From NCBI GenBank assembly GCA_964291655.2, contig OZ219802.1:1024001-1088000 (forward strand): a stretch of DNA of 64,000 bases. The letters run 5' to 3'. Below the pieces are notes generated by a model. The model was given only the letters and a program-made list of their open reading frames with translations. It had not been told where the DNA came from and searched no databases. Of this stretch, positions 29,660 through 39,825 are shown piece by piece (position 1 is the first letter of the stretch; each line of letters opens with the position of its first letter). The position numbers and the translations under genes are program-made. The stretch comes from Chloroflexota bacterium. Its GTDB lineage: Bacteria > Chloroflexota > UBA11872 > VXOZ01.

Positions 29660-30979
29660 ATGATTGAAGTAGCAGATCGGGTGTTGCCCGTTTCCGCAGA
29701 AGTGTCCGACAGCGGCGTACTTGCCATAGGCGGAATGCCTGTCACGGAACTGGCAAAGGAATTCGGCACGCCGCTCTATATCTATGACGAAGCAACCCTG
29801 CGCACGAACATGCGCCGTTATGTAAATGCCCTCAACGCCAATTACCCGGATGCCCTCCCACTCTACGCCAGCAAGGCGTATTCCGACCCCCACGTGGTCA
29901 AGATCGCCGCTGAAGAGGGCATGGGGCTGGACGTGGTGTCGGCGGGTGAAATCGCGGTTGCTGTTGCTGCCGGTTTCCCGTTGGAACGCATGTACTTCCA
30001 CGGCAACAACAAGCTGCCGGAAGAGCTTGCCTACGCGCTGGAAGTCGGCGTGGGACGCATCGTGGTGGATAACTTCTACGAGATCGACCTGCTCAATTCC
30101 ATCGCGGGCGAAGCCGGGAAGCGGGCGCAAATACTGCTGCGCATCGGCCCCGGCGTCGAGGCGCACACCCACGATTACATCAAGACCGGCGCGCTCGATT
30201 CCAAGTTCGGGTTTGCGCTGCCCATCGGCCAAGCCGAAGAGGCCGTCAAGCGGGCACAAGCTGCCCCGCACCTGGACCTCATCGGCATCCACGCCCACAT
30301 TGGCAGCCAGATTTTCGACATCGAGCCCTACGTAGACACTCTCGACTTGCTGATTCAGTTCGCGCAAGAGATGGCCGACAAATACGGCCTCTCGGTCCAG
30401 GAGCTTTCGCCCGGCGGCGGCTGGGGCATTCGCTACACCGGCGCCGACGACCCGCCGCCCATCGAAGACCTGGCGGAAACGGTGACGGCCACAGTGAAGG
30501 ACCGCATGGCCGCGTTGGGCTGGGAGCTGCCGCGCCTGGTGGTGGAACCGGGACGCTCCATCGTGGGACAGGCCGGCGTCGGCCTCTACACGGTAGGGTC
30601 GAGCAAGACGATTCCGGATTTGCGCAAATACGTCGCGGTGGACGGCGGCATGGCGGATAATATCCGACCGGCGCTCTACGACGCGCTCTATACCGTGCTT
30701 GTCGGCAACCGCATGCACGATCCTGCTGAGGAGACGGTGACCATCGCCGGCCGTTACTGCGAGAGCGGCGACGTGCTTTTCAAAGACATCGAAATGCCCA
30801 AGCTCAACCCCGGCGACCTGATCGCCGTGCCCAGTTCCGGCGCGTACTGCCTTGCCATGTCCAGCAACTATAATCTGGTGCCGCGGCCGGCAGTGGTGCT
30901 TGTGAATGACGGCAGCGCCCGCTTGATCCGCCGCCGCGAGACCCTGGACGATCTGATCCAACCGCACCTGGACGTCTAG
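29660..30979 (+). CDS. lysA: Diaminopimelate decarboxylase
   Basis: FGTPLYIYD, YASKA, SKFG, HAHIGSQ, EPGRSIV, DGGMADNIRPALY, CESGD, GAY..MSSNYN. Confidence 0.97.
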   Translation: MIEVADRVLPVSAEVSDSGVLAIGGMPVTELAKEFGTPLYIYDEATLRTNMRRYVNALNANYPDALPLYASKAYSDPHVVKIAAEEGMGLDVVSAGEIAVAVAAGFPLERMYFHGNNKLPEELAYALEVGVGRIVVDNFYEIDLLNSIAGEAGKRAQILLRIGPGVEAHTHDYIKTGALDSKFGFALPIGQAEEAVKRAQAAPHLDLIGIHAHIGSQIFDIEPYVDTLDLLIQFAQEMADKYGLSVQELSPGGGWGIRYTGADDPPPIEDLAETVTATVKDRMAALGWELPRLVVEPGRSIVGQAGVGLYTVGSSKTIPDLRKYVAVDGGMADNIRPALYDALYTVLVGNRMHDPAEETVTIAGRYCESGDVLFKDIEMPKLNPGDLIAVPSSGAYCLAMSSNYNLVPRPAVVLVNDGSARLIRRRETLDDLIQPHLDV

Positions 30980-31061
30980 GGGCTGCGACAGAGCGAATTC
31001 CAGGCAGGTGACGACCCTGGCCTGTGCGGCCGGTCTCGCAATTTGATCTCGCTTTCCGGTG

Positions 31062-31091
31062 TTGACAGTGCTACCGCTGGGCGGCTATAGT
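31062..31091 (+). promoter_or_regulatory. Sigma70-type promoter
   Basis: TTGACA-18 nt-TATAGT upstream of the DUF5069 gene. Confidence 0.65.
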
Positions 31092-31163
31092 GATTCCGAA
31101 TGTTGAAAGATGTATTGTGTTCGGACCACGTTGCCGCAGTGCAGCGATCAAGGAGAAAGAGTC

Positions 31164-31607
31164 ATGGCAGATAAGCTCGTACCCCTGATTGGCTCATGTG
31201 AAGCCGGTCCCTTGGGAGCAGTGCACTTGCCTCGCCTGTGGCTAAAGGTCACGCTGGCGGCGAACGGCAGGCTGCCCGATGATTATGACGAGTGCGGCGC
31301 GGGCTTCGACCAGATGGTCTTAGACGGCCTCAACGTCAACCGCGACGCGGCGCTGGCCTACTTGCGGTCCAACCGGCCGTCGTACCTGGAGTTTGAGCAG
31401 TGGGTCGTGGATCAGAACGGCGGGAGCATTGCTGCGGAGACCGTCGAGGCGAGTAATGCGGCAATTCTCGGTTACAACCATGACGGTGACACGGTCGCCG
31501 GGATTTGCCATGCCACCGGCCTCGCAAATGATGGCAATATTACGGATGCTGCCACGCTAAATGCACTAGAGGACTGGCAAGAGTTACACAGCTCGCTATC
31601 CGGCTAA
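31164..31607 (+). CDS. DUF5069-domain protein
   Basis: GPLGAVHLPRLWLK, GFDQMVLDGL, PSYLEFEQWV, LNALEDW; SD AAGGAG. Confidence 0.75.
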   Translation: MADKLVPLIGSCEAGPLGAVHLPRLWLKVTLAANGRLPDDYDECGAGFDQMVLDGLNVNRDAALAYLRSNRPSYLEFEQWVVDQNGGSIAAETVEASNAAILGYNHDGDTVAGICHATGLANDGNITDAATLNALEDWQELHSSLSG

Positions 31608-31696
31608 CGTACGCATAAGGAACGACTGCAATTGCCGTTCGGCCTGACCATCGCGTGGGCCGAACGGCTCTTTATTAATACGAAAGGGAGAGAGTC

Positions 31697-32593
31697 ATGG
31701 GAAACGACTATGGAACGGTCGGTGTTGTGGGCGTGGGTCGGATGGGTGCGAACATTGCCCGCCACCTGAATGACGAGGGCTACGCCGTATCCGCCGTCTA
31801 CGACGTGAACTCCGCCATTGCCCAGGAACTCGCCGGGGAAATCGGCGCGCAGGCCTGCGATTCGCTGGCAAACGTCACGAGCCTCGCCGACACGATCATT
31901 ACCGTCGTCACCGATGACCAGGCAATGTATACGATCTTCGCGGAAACTGGCGATAGCCTCCTGCAGGGAGCCGCCGGAAAAATCTTCGTGAACTGCGCCA
32001 CCATTGCACCCCAGGTCCACGTGGACGTGGAGCAGCGCGCCGAGGCGGCAGGCGCCCAAAGCCTGGAGGCGTGCATGGCGAGCAGCATCACCCAAGCGCG
32101 CGACGGCACGCTGTACCTCATGTGCGGTGGTAGTGAGGACGCCTTTGCCCGCGCCCGGCCGCTGCTGGACACCATGAGCATCTCGCTGCGCTACATTGGG
32201 TCCGCCGGCAAGGCGGCGCAGGTCAAAGCGCTCGTTAACATGGTGATGAACATCAACACGGCAGGCCTCGCTGAGGGCCTCGGCCTGGGCGAAGCTCTGG
32301 GGCTCGACAGCGCGCTGCTGCAGGAAGTCTTTGCGCAGACCGGCGCCAATTCCCGGGTGCTGGAGACCGACGGCGAGGACATGGAATCCCGCGACCACGA
32401 GTGCTATTTCTCCGCCGCACATGCCTCTAAGGACTCCGGCATTGCGCTGGACCTGGCAGCGGACGCCGGCCTTTCGCTACCGCTGGCGCAGGCTACGAAA
32501 GCCCAGTACGACAAGATGATCGACATGGGCTTGGGCGAACTCGATAAGTCCGGCGTGGCGGAGCTGACCTACCCCGGCAGAGGCGGCTCGTAA
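31697..32593 (+). CDS. NAD(P)-dependent beta-hydroxyacid dehydrogenase (3-hydroxyisobutyrate dehydrogenase family)
   Basis: GVGRMG, GTLYLMCGG, VKALVN, KDSGIA. Confidence 0.88.
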   Translation: MGNDYGTVGVVGVGRMGANIARHLNDEGYAVSAVYDVNSAIAQELAGEIGAQACDSLANVTSLADTIITVVTDDQAMYTIFAETGDSLLQGAAGKIFVNCATIAPQVHVDVEQRAEAAGAQSLEACMASSITQARDGTLYLMCGGSEDAFARARPLLDTMSISLRYIGSAGKAAQVKALVNMVMNINTAGLAEGLGLGEALGLDSALLQEVFAQTGANSRVLETDGEDMESRDHECYFSAAHASKDSGIALDLAADAGLSLPLAQATKAQYDKMIDMGLGELDKSGVAELTYPGRGGS

Positions 32594-32696
32594 CAAGCGT
32601 GAGATTGAACGCCTGCTCGCCTTGCGATGAGCTCAGTGCCTGCTCCGTACTTGAAACGGGGGCGAACGGCCACCCCTGCAAAACTAGGAGTCCTGC

Positions 32697-32938
32697 CCGT
32701 TCACATTGAGCCTGACGAAGCACTTATAGAGAGCGCCTCCGTTCGTGCTGAGCTCGTCGAAGCACTCATGGGGAGCGCCTCCGTTCGTGCTGAGCCCGTC
32801 GAAGCACTCATAGGGAGTGCCTCCGTTCATGCTCAGCCTGTCGAAGCACCCATGGGGAGCGCCTCCGTTCGGTTGTGCTCGTCGAAGCACTCATAAGAAA
32901 CTCCTCCGTTCGTGCTGAGCCTGTCGAAGCATGAACGG
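32697..32938. repeat. Six tandem ~42-bp copies of a CCGTTCGTGCTGAGCCTGTCGAAGCA REP-like unit
   Basis: Units ~CCGTTCGTGCTGAGCCTGTCGAAGCACTCATAGGGAGCGCCT; only the last unit closes the hairpin (GCATGAACGG). Confidence 0.92.
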
Positions 32939-33046
32939 GCGCCGCGACAAGTCTGACACATTGCCTCTGAATTGCGCAGTCCAGCGAATGTCGTCATTCA
33001 GTCTCAAACCCGACCCGGAGCAAAAGTGCCGGGGGCATGAAATCGC

Positions 33047-33625
33047 ATGGTCGCACAGCTCAAATCCAACCTACTGCTTGTGCTCGCAGCCGTTGCCCTG
33101 CTCTGGGCCGTGGAAGCAGCGAACCTTCTAACGGGACATCACCTTAACACCTGGGGCATCCTGCCGCGCACCGTTACGGGACTGCGTGGCATTCCGCTTA
33201 GTCCGTTTCTCCATGGCAACATCGGCCACCTGCTGGTAAACACCGTGCCGTTTCTGGTGCTCGGGGGGCTTGTCGCCATACAGGGCAGACGGGCGTTTCT
33301 TGGCGTGTCGCTCGTCGTCATCGCCTGCGGGGGAATAGCCCTGTGGGTCTTTGGACGCACGGCCTACCACATTGGCGCGAGCGGCCTGATCTTCGGGTAT
33401 TTTGGTTACCTGGTTGCCCGCGCCTGGTACGAGCGCAGTCTCTGGTCCATCCTCATCGCGCTGGTGACGCTCTTCTTCTACGGCGGACTCGTGTGGGGCG
33501 TGCTGCCCACGACCACCTATATCTCTTGGGAAGGCCACCTCTTCGGCCTCCTCGCCGGCATTCTCGCCGCACGCATCCAAGGCGCCCGAAGGAAAGAGAA
33601 GCCGGCACCAACGCATTCGCCCTAA
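33047..33625 (+). CDS. Rhomboid-family intramembrane serine protease
   Basis: FLHGNIGHLLVN, HIGASG, SWEGHLFG. Confidence 0.92.
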   Translation: MVAQLKSNLLLVLAAVALLWAVEAANLLTGHHLNTWGILPRTVTGLRGIPLSPFLHGNIGHLLVNTVPFLVLGGLVAIQGRRAFLGVSLVVIACGGIALWVFGRTAYHIGASGLIFGYFGYLVARAWYERSLWSILIALVTLFFYGGLVWGVLPTTTYISWEGHLFGLLAGILAARIQGARRKEKPAPTHSP

Positions 33626-33902
33626 GCCGCCGTTCTGGTGTCGGGGAAGTCCTTGTGGCTGCACGCTGCCCGGCGCAATCGAGGACGAGACGTGTTGGCG
33701 GGCAATTCCCTGTCCCTCGTAGGAACAGATCTAGTGGTTGTTCCTACGCGGCGCACATGCAGTCAAGGACAATTGCCGGACAGATCCCTAGTTTCACGCA
33801 GGCAAGCAGGCTTCCGGTAGCGCAGGTTTGCAACCTTCGCTCGCAGGGCACAAGAAGCGTAAAGACACCCGAAACCCCCACGAAATTGCACCATCTGCCT
33901 GG

Positions 33903-34658
33903 CTAAGCCGGTATCCCCTTGCGCTCACAAGCGCCCCTTAGATGCTCCGCCAACCACTTGCCCTGATGCTCTGTAAAGTATGCCAACAGAGCATGCCCCG
34001 CCTCGGCGGTGGCTACCTCCGCATCACTCTCAGCGTATGCTCCCCAACTGCCGTCCGGCGTGAGCTTGTCCCACGTCATGTAGTCCATGTAGGCCTGTTC
34101 GTCTTCCGCCACCGCGCTGCCGAACGGGCCGGGGAGCACACAGTCCGGCGCGAGATAGAGCGCAAGCGCGCGAGACTCCGCCCCGCCGTGCACCTCACCG
34201 CGACCGGCGAGACCGGCGTGTTTCCGCGCCTTTTCCCAGACGCGTGCGCCGCCCTGATGAGCGTTGACGACTACAATGCCCGCAAACTGCCGGTTGATGT
34301 GCTTGATGAAGGCCGTGAGCCAGTACGAGCCGCCGTGTCCGCACGTGAGCACCTGCTTGCGGAAGCCCTGCTTCCGCAAACCGGCCACAATTTCTTCCAA
34401 CACGAGCATTACGGTAGCCGGCCGCAGCGTGACCGTGCCTGTGAATGAGGCGTGCTCTTCAGCGGTGTTGAAAGGCAAGGTCGGCAGCACGTAGGCTGCG
34501 AGCCGTTCGCCAAACGCCCGCGCAAAGTACTCCGCGACAAGCGTATCGATGTGGAGAGGAAGACACGGGCCGCACTGTTCGGTGGACCCGACGCTAATGA
34601 TCGCAGTGTCTGCACCGGCGTCGGTCAGTTGTTTCGTGGTGTTGCGAAACGAATACAT
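33903..34658 (-). CDS. Creatininase-family amidohydrolase
   Basis: GSTEQCGPCLP...D, EEHASFTGT, GHGG, HGGAES, DGSWG. Confidence 0.85.
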   Translation of the reverse strand: MYSFRNTTKQLTDAGADTAIISVGSTEQCGPCLPLHIDTLVAEYFARAFGERLAAYVLPTLPFNTAEEHASFTGTVTLRPATVMLVLEEIVAGLRKQGFRKQVLTCGHGGSYWLTAFIKHINRQFAGIVVVNAHQGGARVWEKARKHAGLAGRGEVHGGAESRALALYLAPDCVLPGPFGSAVAEDEQAYMDYMTWDKLTPDGSWGAYAESDAEVATAEAGHALLAYFTEHQGKWLAEHLRGACERKGIPA

Positions 34659-35074
34659 GGCAAGTGTCCTTGAAATTTAGGAGCAGTCGTTAGAATTCAG
34701 ATTAAGTAGCTCTTCTCGTCACCTTACCCACGAGAAGCCCTATCTTGCAGCACGGGGCCTTGTGCACCGCAGAGGGGAGGTAAGGGTGTGCCTACTACCG
34801 GTGAGACGCTACTTACCTAAGGTGTCGGCAGCATGAATGTGCCGTACTGGCTAAATCGGGCATGCAATCATCTCACCACTCTGCCCCACTATTTTTTGAC
34901 GACTTTCGCCGGTCGTCCCTGGTCAATGGGGTGAGAGGTTGTATTGGAGCGAAGAAGGCTGCTTGGCAAGTAAGCGCACGGTTCTCCACGCCCTGGATTC
35001 CGGCTTACGCCGGAATGACGGACCTTTTGGCCTCTCCAATGGAAAGGGGAGTGGCCCTGCGAATTACAAGCGAG

Positions 35075-36283
35075 TTACCCTAACACAGGATATAGGAGCT
35101 CATCAAACGTTACCGCCCGGCTGTTGTGGTCGATACTCAGGCGCACGGCCTCGGCGATGGCGGTGCCGACGACGGCCTGTTGTGGGAGAGGACGCGACTT
35201 GGCAAATTCGGCGAGCATATCCCGCCGAACCTGCAACGCCTGGGCCGCGTCCTTGCCCTCGGTTGCGCGCAGGATGCGGCGCGCGTCATGGACACCCTGC
35301 ATCACGCTATCGTAGCCGTACCCCACGTATTCGGTGCCTTCGCCGTCCCACGGCTCGTACTGCTTGAAGAAGTTGGGGTTGAAGTGCTCAAAGCCTTTGT
35401 CCTGGGTCACGAAGTGCAGCTTGCGGTCTTTGTGATCGGCCCAGTATTCGCCCTGGGTGCCGGAGAGTTGCATTCCTTGGTTGGTGAGCGCGCTATTTGC
35501 CTCCGCGCAGACCCATGAGGTCTGCACCCAAAGCACGGAACCATCCGTCCACTCGATTACGCCCTGCACCGCGTCAAAGGCATCCTGGCCCTGCGTCGGC
35601 AGGAATTTCTTCTGTCCAAAGCCCCAAACGCGGGCGGGCTTGAGACCGGTAATGAAGTAGTAGGCATCGGCATAGTGCACGCCGATGTACTCAAAAGGAG
35701 AGCTCTCTTCCGCCCACAGGGAGAAAATATCCAGCGGCATCTCGCGCCGCTCTTCGATCCAGGCGTGGCCGTGCAGCATCTCGCCCAAATGCCCCTGCCG
35801 GTAGTAGCGCTGGGCGGCGCGAATGGCGCGGTCGTGGCGCTTGTGGTAGTCCGTATAGACGTAAATGCCCTTGTTTTCGGCGGCGGTCAGAATGGTGTAA
35901 ACATCGGAGACCTTCAGGCAGAGGGGCTTCTGGACCACCACGTGGTGGCCGCGCTCGATAGCTGCCAGGATCATCTCTGTGTGGAGATGGTCCGGCGTCG
36001 CCACCACTACCACGCCGTGGGGGTCAAGATCGTCCAAGGCGGCCTGGTACGAATCGGGGAATGAAGCCTCGGGATCGGTGGTGTCGGGATCGGGATAGCC
36101 GCGAAACGCATAGTCAGGAAAGAGGTCGCGCACTTTGTGCAGCGTGCTCGCCCGGCGAGAGGCGATGCTCACCTCACCCACGACGCCGCGGTCTTGTTCT
36201 TGAAAGAGCGTTGGAATAATCACGTCTTGACTGATCATGCCGCCGCCAATCAGAAGTACCGGAACTCTTTCATCCCAAGCCAT
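35075..36283 (-). CDS. Gfo/Idh/MocA-family oxidoreductase
   Basis: IGGGMIS, VATPDHLH, VQKPL, HKRHD, GVHYAD. Confidence 0.9.
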   Translation of the reverse strand: MAWDERVPVLLIGGGMISQDVIIPTLFQEQDRGVVGEVSIASRRASTLHKVRDLFPDYAFRGYPDPDTTDPEASFPDSYQAALDDLDPHGVVVVATPDHLHTEMILAAIERGHHVVVQKPLCLKVSDVYTILTAAENKGIYVYTDYHKRHDRAIRAAQRYYRQGHLGEMLHGHAWIEERREMPLDIFSLWAEESSPFEYIGVHYADAYYFITGLKPARVWGFGQKKFLPTQGQDAFDAVQGVIEWTDGSVLWVQTSWVCAEANSALTNQGMQLSGTQGEYWADHKDRKLHFVTQDKGFEHFNPNFFKQYEPWDGEGTEYVGYGYDSVMQGVHDARRILRATEGKDAAQALQVRRDMLAEFAKSRPLPQQAVVGTAIAEAVRLSIDHNSRAVTFDELLYPVLG

Positions 36284-36735
36284 CAGGTACCTACCTCGAA
36301 TTCTGTAATTGCATATCACTACCTACGCCAGACGACTCCTTCAGTCGATAGACCTCAAGCCCTAGGAAAACTTTGGCACAACCCGGCTCGGCGGGCAAGC
36401 ATGCCTCCGCTCCCAGTGGAGACCTTTGCATAACTCCGGCCGGAGGCGCAAGAATTACCCCCTCTCCTTGGGGGAGAGGGTCGGGGTGAGGGGAACTCTT
36501 CACCGAGTTCGCGCCATAGCCCCCAGCGTCAGACCAATGCATGAGTTTCCTATTGCTTACTTCCAGCGTAGCGGCAGTCTACCATAGCCCCACCTTCGCC
36601 CTCAAAAAAAGGGGGGGCTGTCCAACTGCAAACGTCGTGACAGAACTTCAGCCGCGATTGCGCGCAGGCTCCTTGCTGCCGCGAAGGTGAGGTGTTTAAC
36701 TCGTGCAAGGCCAAGACCGCAGCAAATTTCATCTC

Positions 36736-36785
36736 TTGACAGATTCGCTAAATCGACTTCATACTTGTTACCGACAGTACTGTTG
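36736..36785 (+). promoter_or_regulatory. Promoter with downstream palindromic candidate operator
   Basis: TTGACA-18 nt-CATACT, then GACAGTACTGTT. Confidence 0.5.
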
Positions 36786-36808
36786 TCATGCACCTAGGAG
36801 GTGGAGCG

Positions 36809-38164
36809 ATGCAAGGCGAACGCAGTCGAATGACTCGCCGGTTCTTACTTAAGGGAGCCGCAGGCAGCGCGGGCATGCTGGCCTTGGCGGCGTGCGGCAC
36901 TGCGACCATGGCGCCTGAGGAAGCCGAAGCGCCCCAGGAAGAGACGAAGGCAGCAGAGGCGCCCAAGGCGATGGAGCCGACCGTCGTCAACGCGCTCATG
37001 GTGCTGCAGGGCCAGAACGAGACATGGATCAACTCCTGGAATACCATCTTTGCCAACTTCGAAGCCGCAAATCCCGAATATACAATGGATATCACCGATT
37101 CCACGTTCGGGGAGGTCACGACCAAGGCTGGCGCGTCCCTGGCCGCCGGCATTTCCTTTGACGACATTTACGGCTATTTCGGCTGGCTGGGACCGTTTGT
37201 CGACGGCGGGATCATCCAGCCGGTCACGCCGTTGCTGGCGAAAGACACTGAGGTATCCCCGGATGACTTCTACGAATCCGGCATTCTCAAATACAAGGGC
37301 GTGGCGTACGGCCTCGCGTGGCTACTCACGGCCCATCCCATTTGGTCGAACAATGACAAATTTGTCGAGGCCGGCTTGAAGACGCCCGCCGAGCTGGAGG
37401 CCGAGGGTAACTGGACCTGGGATGCCGTGTTAGAAGCGGCAGTCAGACTCACCAAACGCGAAGGCGATGAAATTACGTTTGGCGGCTTGCGAATCTACCC
37501 CACGCACACGTCCTATCTGCCCTACTATGCCTGGGCGTGGGGCGCGGACTTATGGAACGAAGGCTGTACGCAGGCCACGTTCAACACCCCTGCGTTCGCG
37601 GACGCCGTGCAGTTCTGCGTTGACCTTTTTGCCAAACATAAGGTGATCGGCGGCAATTTCCTCGAGGGCACCATGGGCATGTTCGAGCGCGCCACCGGCG
37701 GCGTGCGCCAGTTTGAGGAACAGATCACCGCCAATGATCTCTTTGAGATCGGCATGGCGGGACGACCCAAGGGACCAAACGGCGATAGCGCAACAGTCAT
37801 GACACCCATCGGCATCTTCATTGGCGAAGGCGCCAAGAATCCAGAGGGTGGTTGGGCCTTCCTCAAGTACACGGTGAGTGCGGATGCGCTGCCGGAGGTT
37901 GCCGCCACCGGCCAGGGTCGCTTCACCGCCAATAAGCATCTGGAGCCTTTGACGCTCTTCCCGTATGAAGACCCCGAAGTTTACAAGCAGATGGCGAGCG
38001 AGGGCCGCCCAGTGCCGCAACTGCTGAAACAAGGCGACTTCAATACCGAGTGGCGTGCCACCTGGGACGCCATGGTAGAAGGCTCTCTGACGGTTGCCGA
38101 GGGTATGGCGAAGACACAGGACCAGGTGCAGGGCTGGATCAACGAAGGCGGTTGCCTGCGCTAG
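36809..38164 (+). CDS. ABC sugar-type extracellular solute-binding protein, Tat lipoprotein
   Basis: MTRRFLL, LAAC, NWTWD, AFLKY. Confidence 0.9.
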   Translation: MQGERSRMTRRFLLKGAAGSAGMLALAACGTATMAPEEAEAPQEETKAAEAPKAMEPTVVNALMVLQGQNETWINSWNTIFANFEAANPEYTMDITDSTFGEVTTKAGASLAAGISFDDIYGYFGWLGPFVDGGIIQPVTPLLAKDTEVSPDDFYESGILKYKGVAYGLAWLLTAHPIWSNNDKFVEAGLKTPAELEAEGNWTWDAVLEAAVRLTKREGDEITFGGLRIYPTHTSYLPYYAWAWGADLWNEGCTQATFNTPAFADAVQFCVDLFAKHKVIGGNFLEGTMGMFERATGGVRQFEEQITANDLFEIGMAGRPKGPNGDSATVMTPIGIFIGEGAKNPEGGWAFLKYTVSADALPEVAATGQGRFTANKHLEPLTLFPYEDPEVYKQMASEGRPVPQLLKQGDFNTEWRATWDAMVEGSLTVAEGMAKTQDQVQGWINEGGCLR

Positions 38165-38220
38165 GAGCGCAGAGGCACGTCGCATCGTTGCGTTAGCGCT
38201 GCGAGACTTAGCGAACGCCG

Positions 38221-38248
38221 GTAGGGGCACGATATATCGTGCCCCTAC
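38221..38248. repeat. GTAG-type REP palindrome (copies at 39881-39908 and 52328-52354)
   Basis: GTAGGGGCACGATATATCGTGCCCCTAC. Confidence 0.85.
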
Positions 38249-38469
38249 GTGACTCCTCTTCTCATTGACAGAGTGCTTGCTTAGCTCTTTGTCAATGAGA
38301 TGCACTAGACTCTTGGCGCACGAAGACGGATTCCCGCTTTCGCGGTAAAGCGGAGTCTCGTTGAACCGCACCCGGAGGTGTCGTTGCTTCTTTCACTTGA
38401 CCTTCCCGCTAATGCAGCACCATACTCGATAGCGGCTGAAGATCTGTCATGCGCCGAGGAGGCAGAGCA

Positions 38470-39825
38470 TTGATTAGCATCCGCAGGCGAATGACCCGCC
38501 GGTACCTTCTCAGCGGAATTGCAGGCGGTGCGGGCATAGTGGGCTTGGCAGCGTGCGGCACAGAGTCCATGGAGCAGGAATCCGGTGAAGCTCCGCAGGT
38601 AGAGACAAGAATTCAAGAAACTCCACAAGCTTCGCGTCCGACCACTATTAGCACGCTGATGGTGCTGCGGGGCCAGAATGAGACCTGGACAAATTCGTGG
38701 CTTGACATCTTCGCCAACTTCGAAGCCCAGCACCCTGAATACAAGCTGGCAGTAACCGAATCCGCGTTCGCTAGCGTTACCTCCAGAGCGCTTACATTCA
38801 TGGCGGCCGGCTTCACTTTTGACGCGGTCTACGGCTTCATTGACTGGCTAGGCCTATTTGCTGACGCCGGCATCATTCAGTCGATCAATCCCTACCTGTC
38901 AACAGACACCGATGTCTCAATGGACGACTTCCATGACTTCGGCGTGCTTAGACACAAGGGCATAGTCTACGGGCTCGCCTGGCAGCTTGCCGCGCATCCG
39001 ATCTGGTTCAATGCCGACAGGTTCCAAGAGGCCGGCCTGAAGACGCCCGCGGCGCTGGAAGCTGAGGGCAATTGGACGTGGGAGGCCGTGCTGGATGCCG
39101 CCCTAAAGCTCACCAAGCGCGGGGACAGTGACATTACAGTTGGCGGCTTGCAGGTCTTCCCTATGTTCACGTCGTATCTGCCGTACTACGCCTGGGCGTG
39201 GGGCGCAGAACTTTGGGATGAAGGCTGCACCGAGGCTACCTTTACTACTCCCGCATTCACGGACGCGGTGCAGTACAGCGTTGATCTCTTTACCAAGCAC
39301 AACGTCATTGGCGGCACCTTTCTCTATGGTACGCAAGGCATGGTCGAGCGCGCACCAGACGCCGTGCGCCAATTCGACGAGGGGATCGCGGCGCGCGACC
39401 TCTTCAGCATTGGCATGGCTCCCCGGCCGCGGGGTCCGAACGGCGACCGCGGCACAGTCATGACGCCGAGCGCTATCCACCTCGGCAACGGCGCCGAGAA
39501 CGCCGACGGCGCCTGGGCCTTCCTCAAGTACACGGTGAGCGCCGCGGCCCAACCGCATTTGGCTGGCTTCGGCCAGGGCCGCTTCAATGCCAACAAGCAT
39601 CTTGCGCCGCTGACGCTCTATCCATTCGAGAACCCCGCTGTCTACTCGCAGATGGCGCAAGACGGAAGGCCTGAACCACAATTGCTGCAGCAAAGGGAAT
39701 TCTATGCCGCGTGGCGCGCCACCTGGGATGCCATGGTGGAGGGATCGCTTCCAGTCGCCGACGCCATGGCGAATACTCAAGAGCAGGTACAAGGCTGGAT
39801 CAACAAAGGCGGCTGCCTGGGGTAA
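38470..39825 (+). CDS. ABC solute-binding protein, tandem paralogue of 36809..38164
   Basis: MTRRYLL, LAAC; colinear with the upstream SBP; SD GAGGAGG before TTG 38470. Confidence 0.9.
   Translation: MISIRRRMTRRYLLSGIAGGAGIVGLAACGTESMEQESGEAPQVETRIQETPQASRPTTISTLMVLRGQNETWTNSWLDIFANFEAQHPEYKLAVTESAFASVTSRALTFMAAGFTFDAVYGFIDWLGLFADAGIIQSINPYLSTDTDVSMDDFHDFGVLRHKGIVYGLAWQLAAHPIWFNADRFQEAGLKTPAALEAEGNWTWEAVLDAALKLTKRGDSDITVGGLQVFPMFTSYLPYYAWAWGAELWDEGCTEATFTTPAFTDAVQYSVDLFTKHNVIGGTFLYGTQGMVERAPDAVRQFDEGIAARDLFSIGMAPRPRGPNGDRGTVMTPSAIHLGNGAENADGAWAFLKYTVSAAAQPHLAGFGQGRFNANKHLAPLTLYPFENPAVYSQMAQDGRPEPQLLQQREFYAAWRATWDAMVEGSLPVADAMANTQEQVQGWINKGGCLG

Noticed and set aside
29579-30967. 462-aa minus-strand ORF (likewise 22991..24040, 42380..43408, 47004..47990, 52413..53396, 56727..57965, 58465..59442)
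   Set aside because: Antisense shadows of well-supported genes in high-GC DNA, with no motifs of their own.
32697-32938. CRISPR array
   Set aside because: The would-be spacers are only ~16 nt and resemble each other, the repeats are degenerate, and no cas genes are present; it is a REP-derived tandem repeat.
36602-36710. Possible DUF559 endonuclease relic (TFAAARSLRAIAAEVLSRRLQ) beside a CCCTCTCC REP
   Set aside because: The similarity is too short and weak to call without a search.
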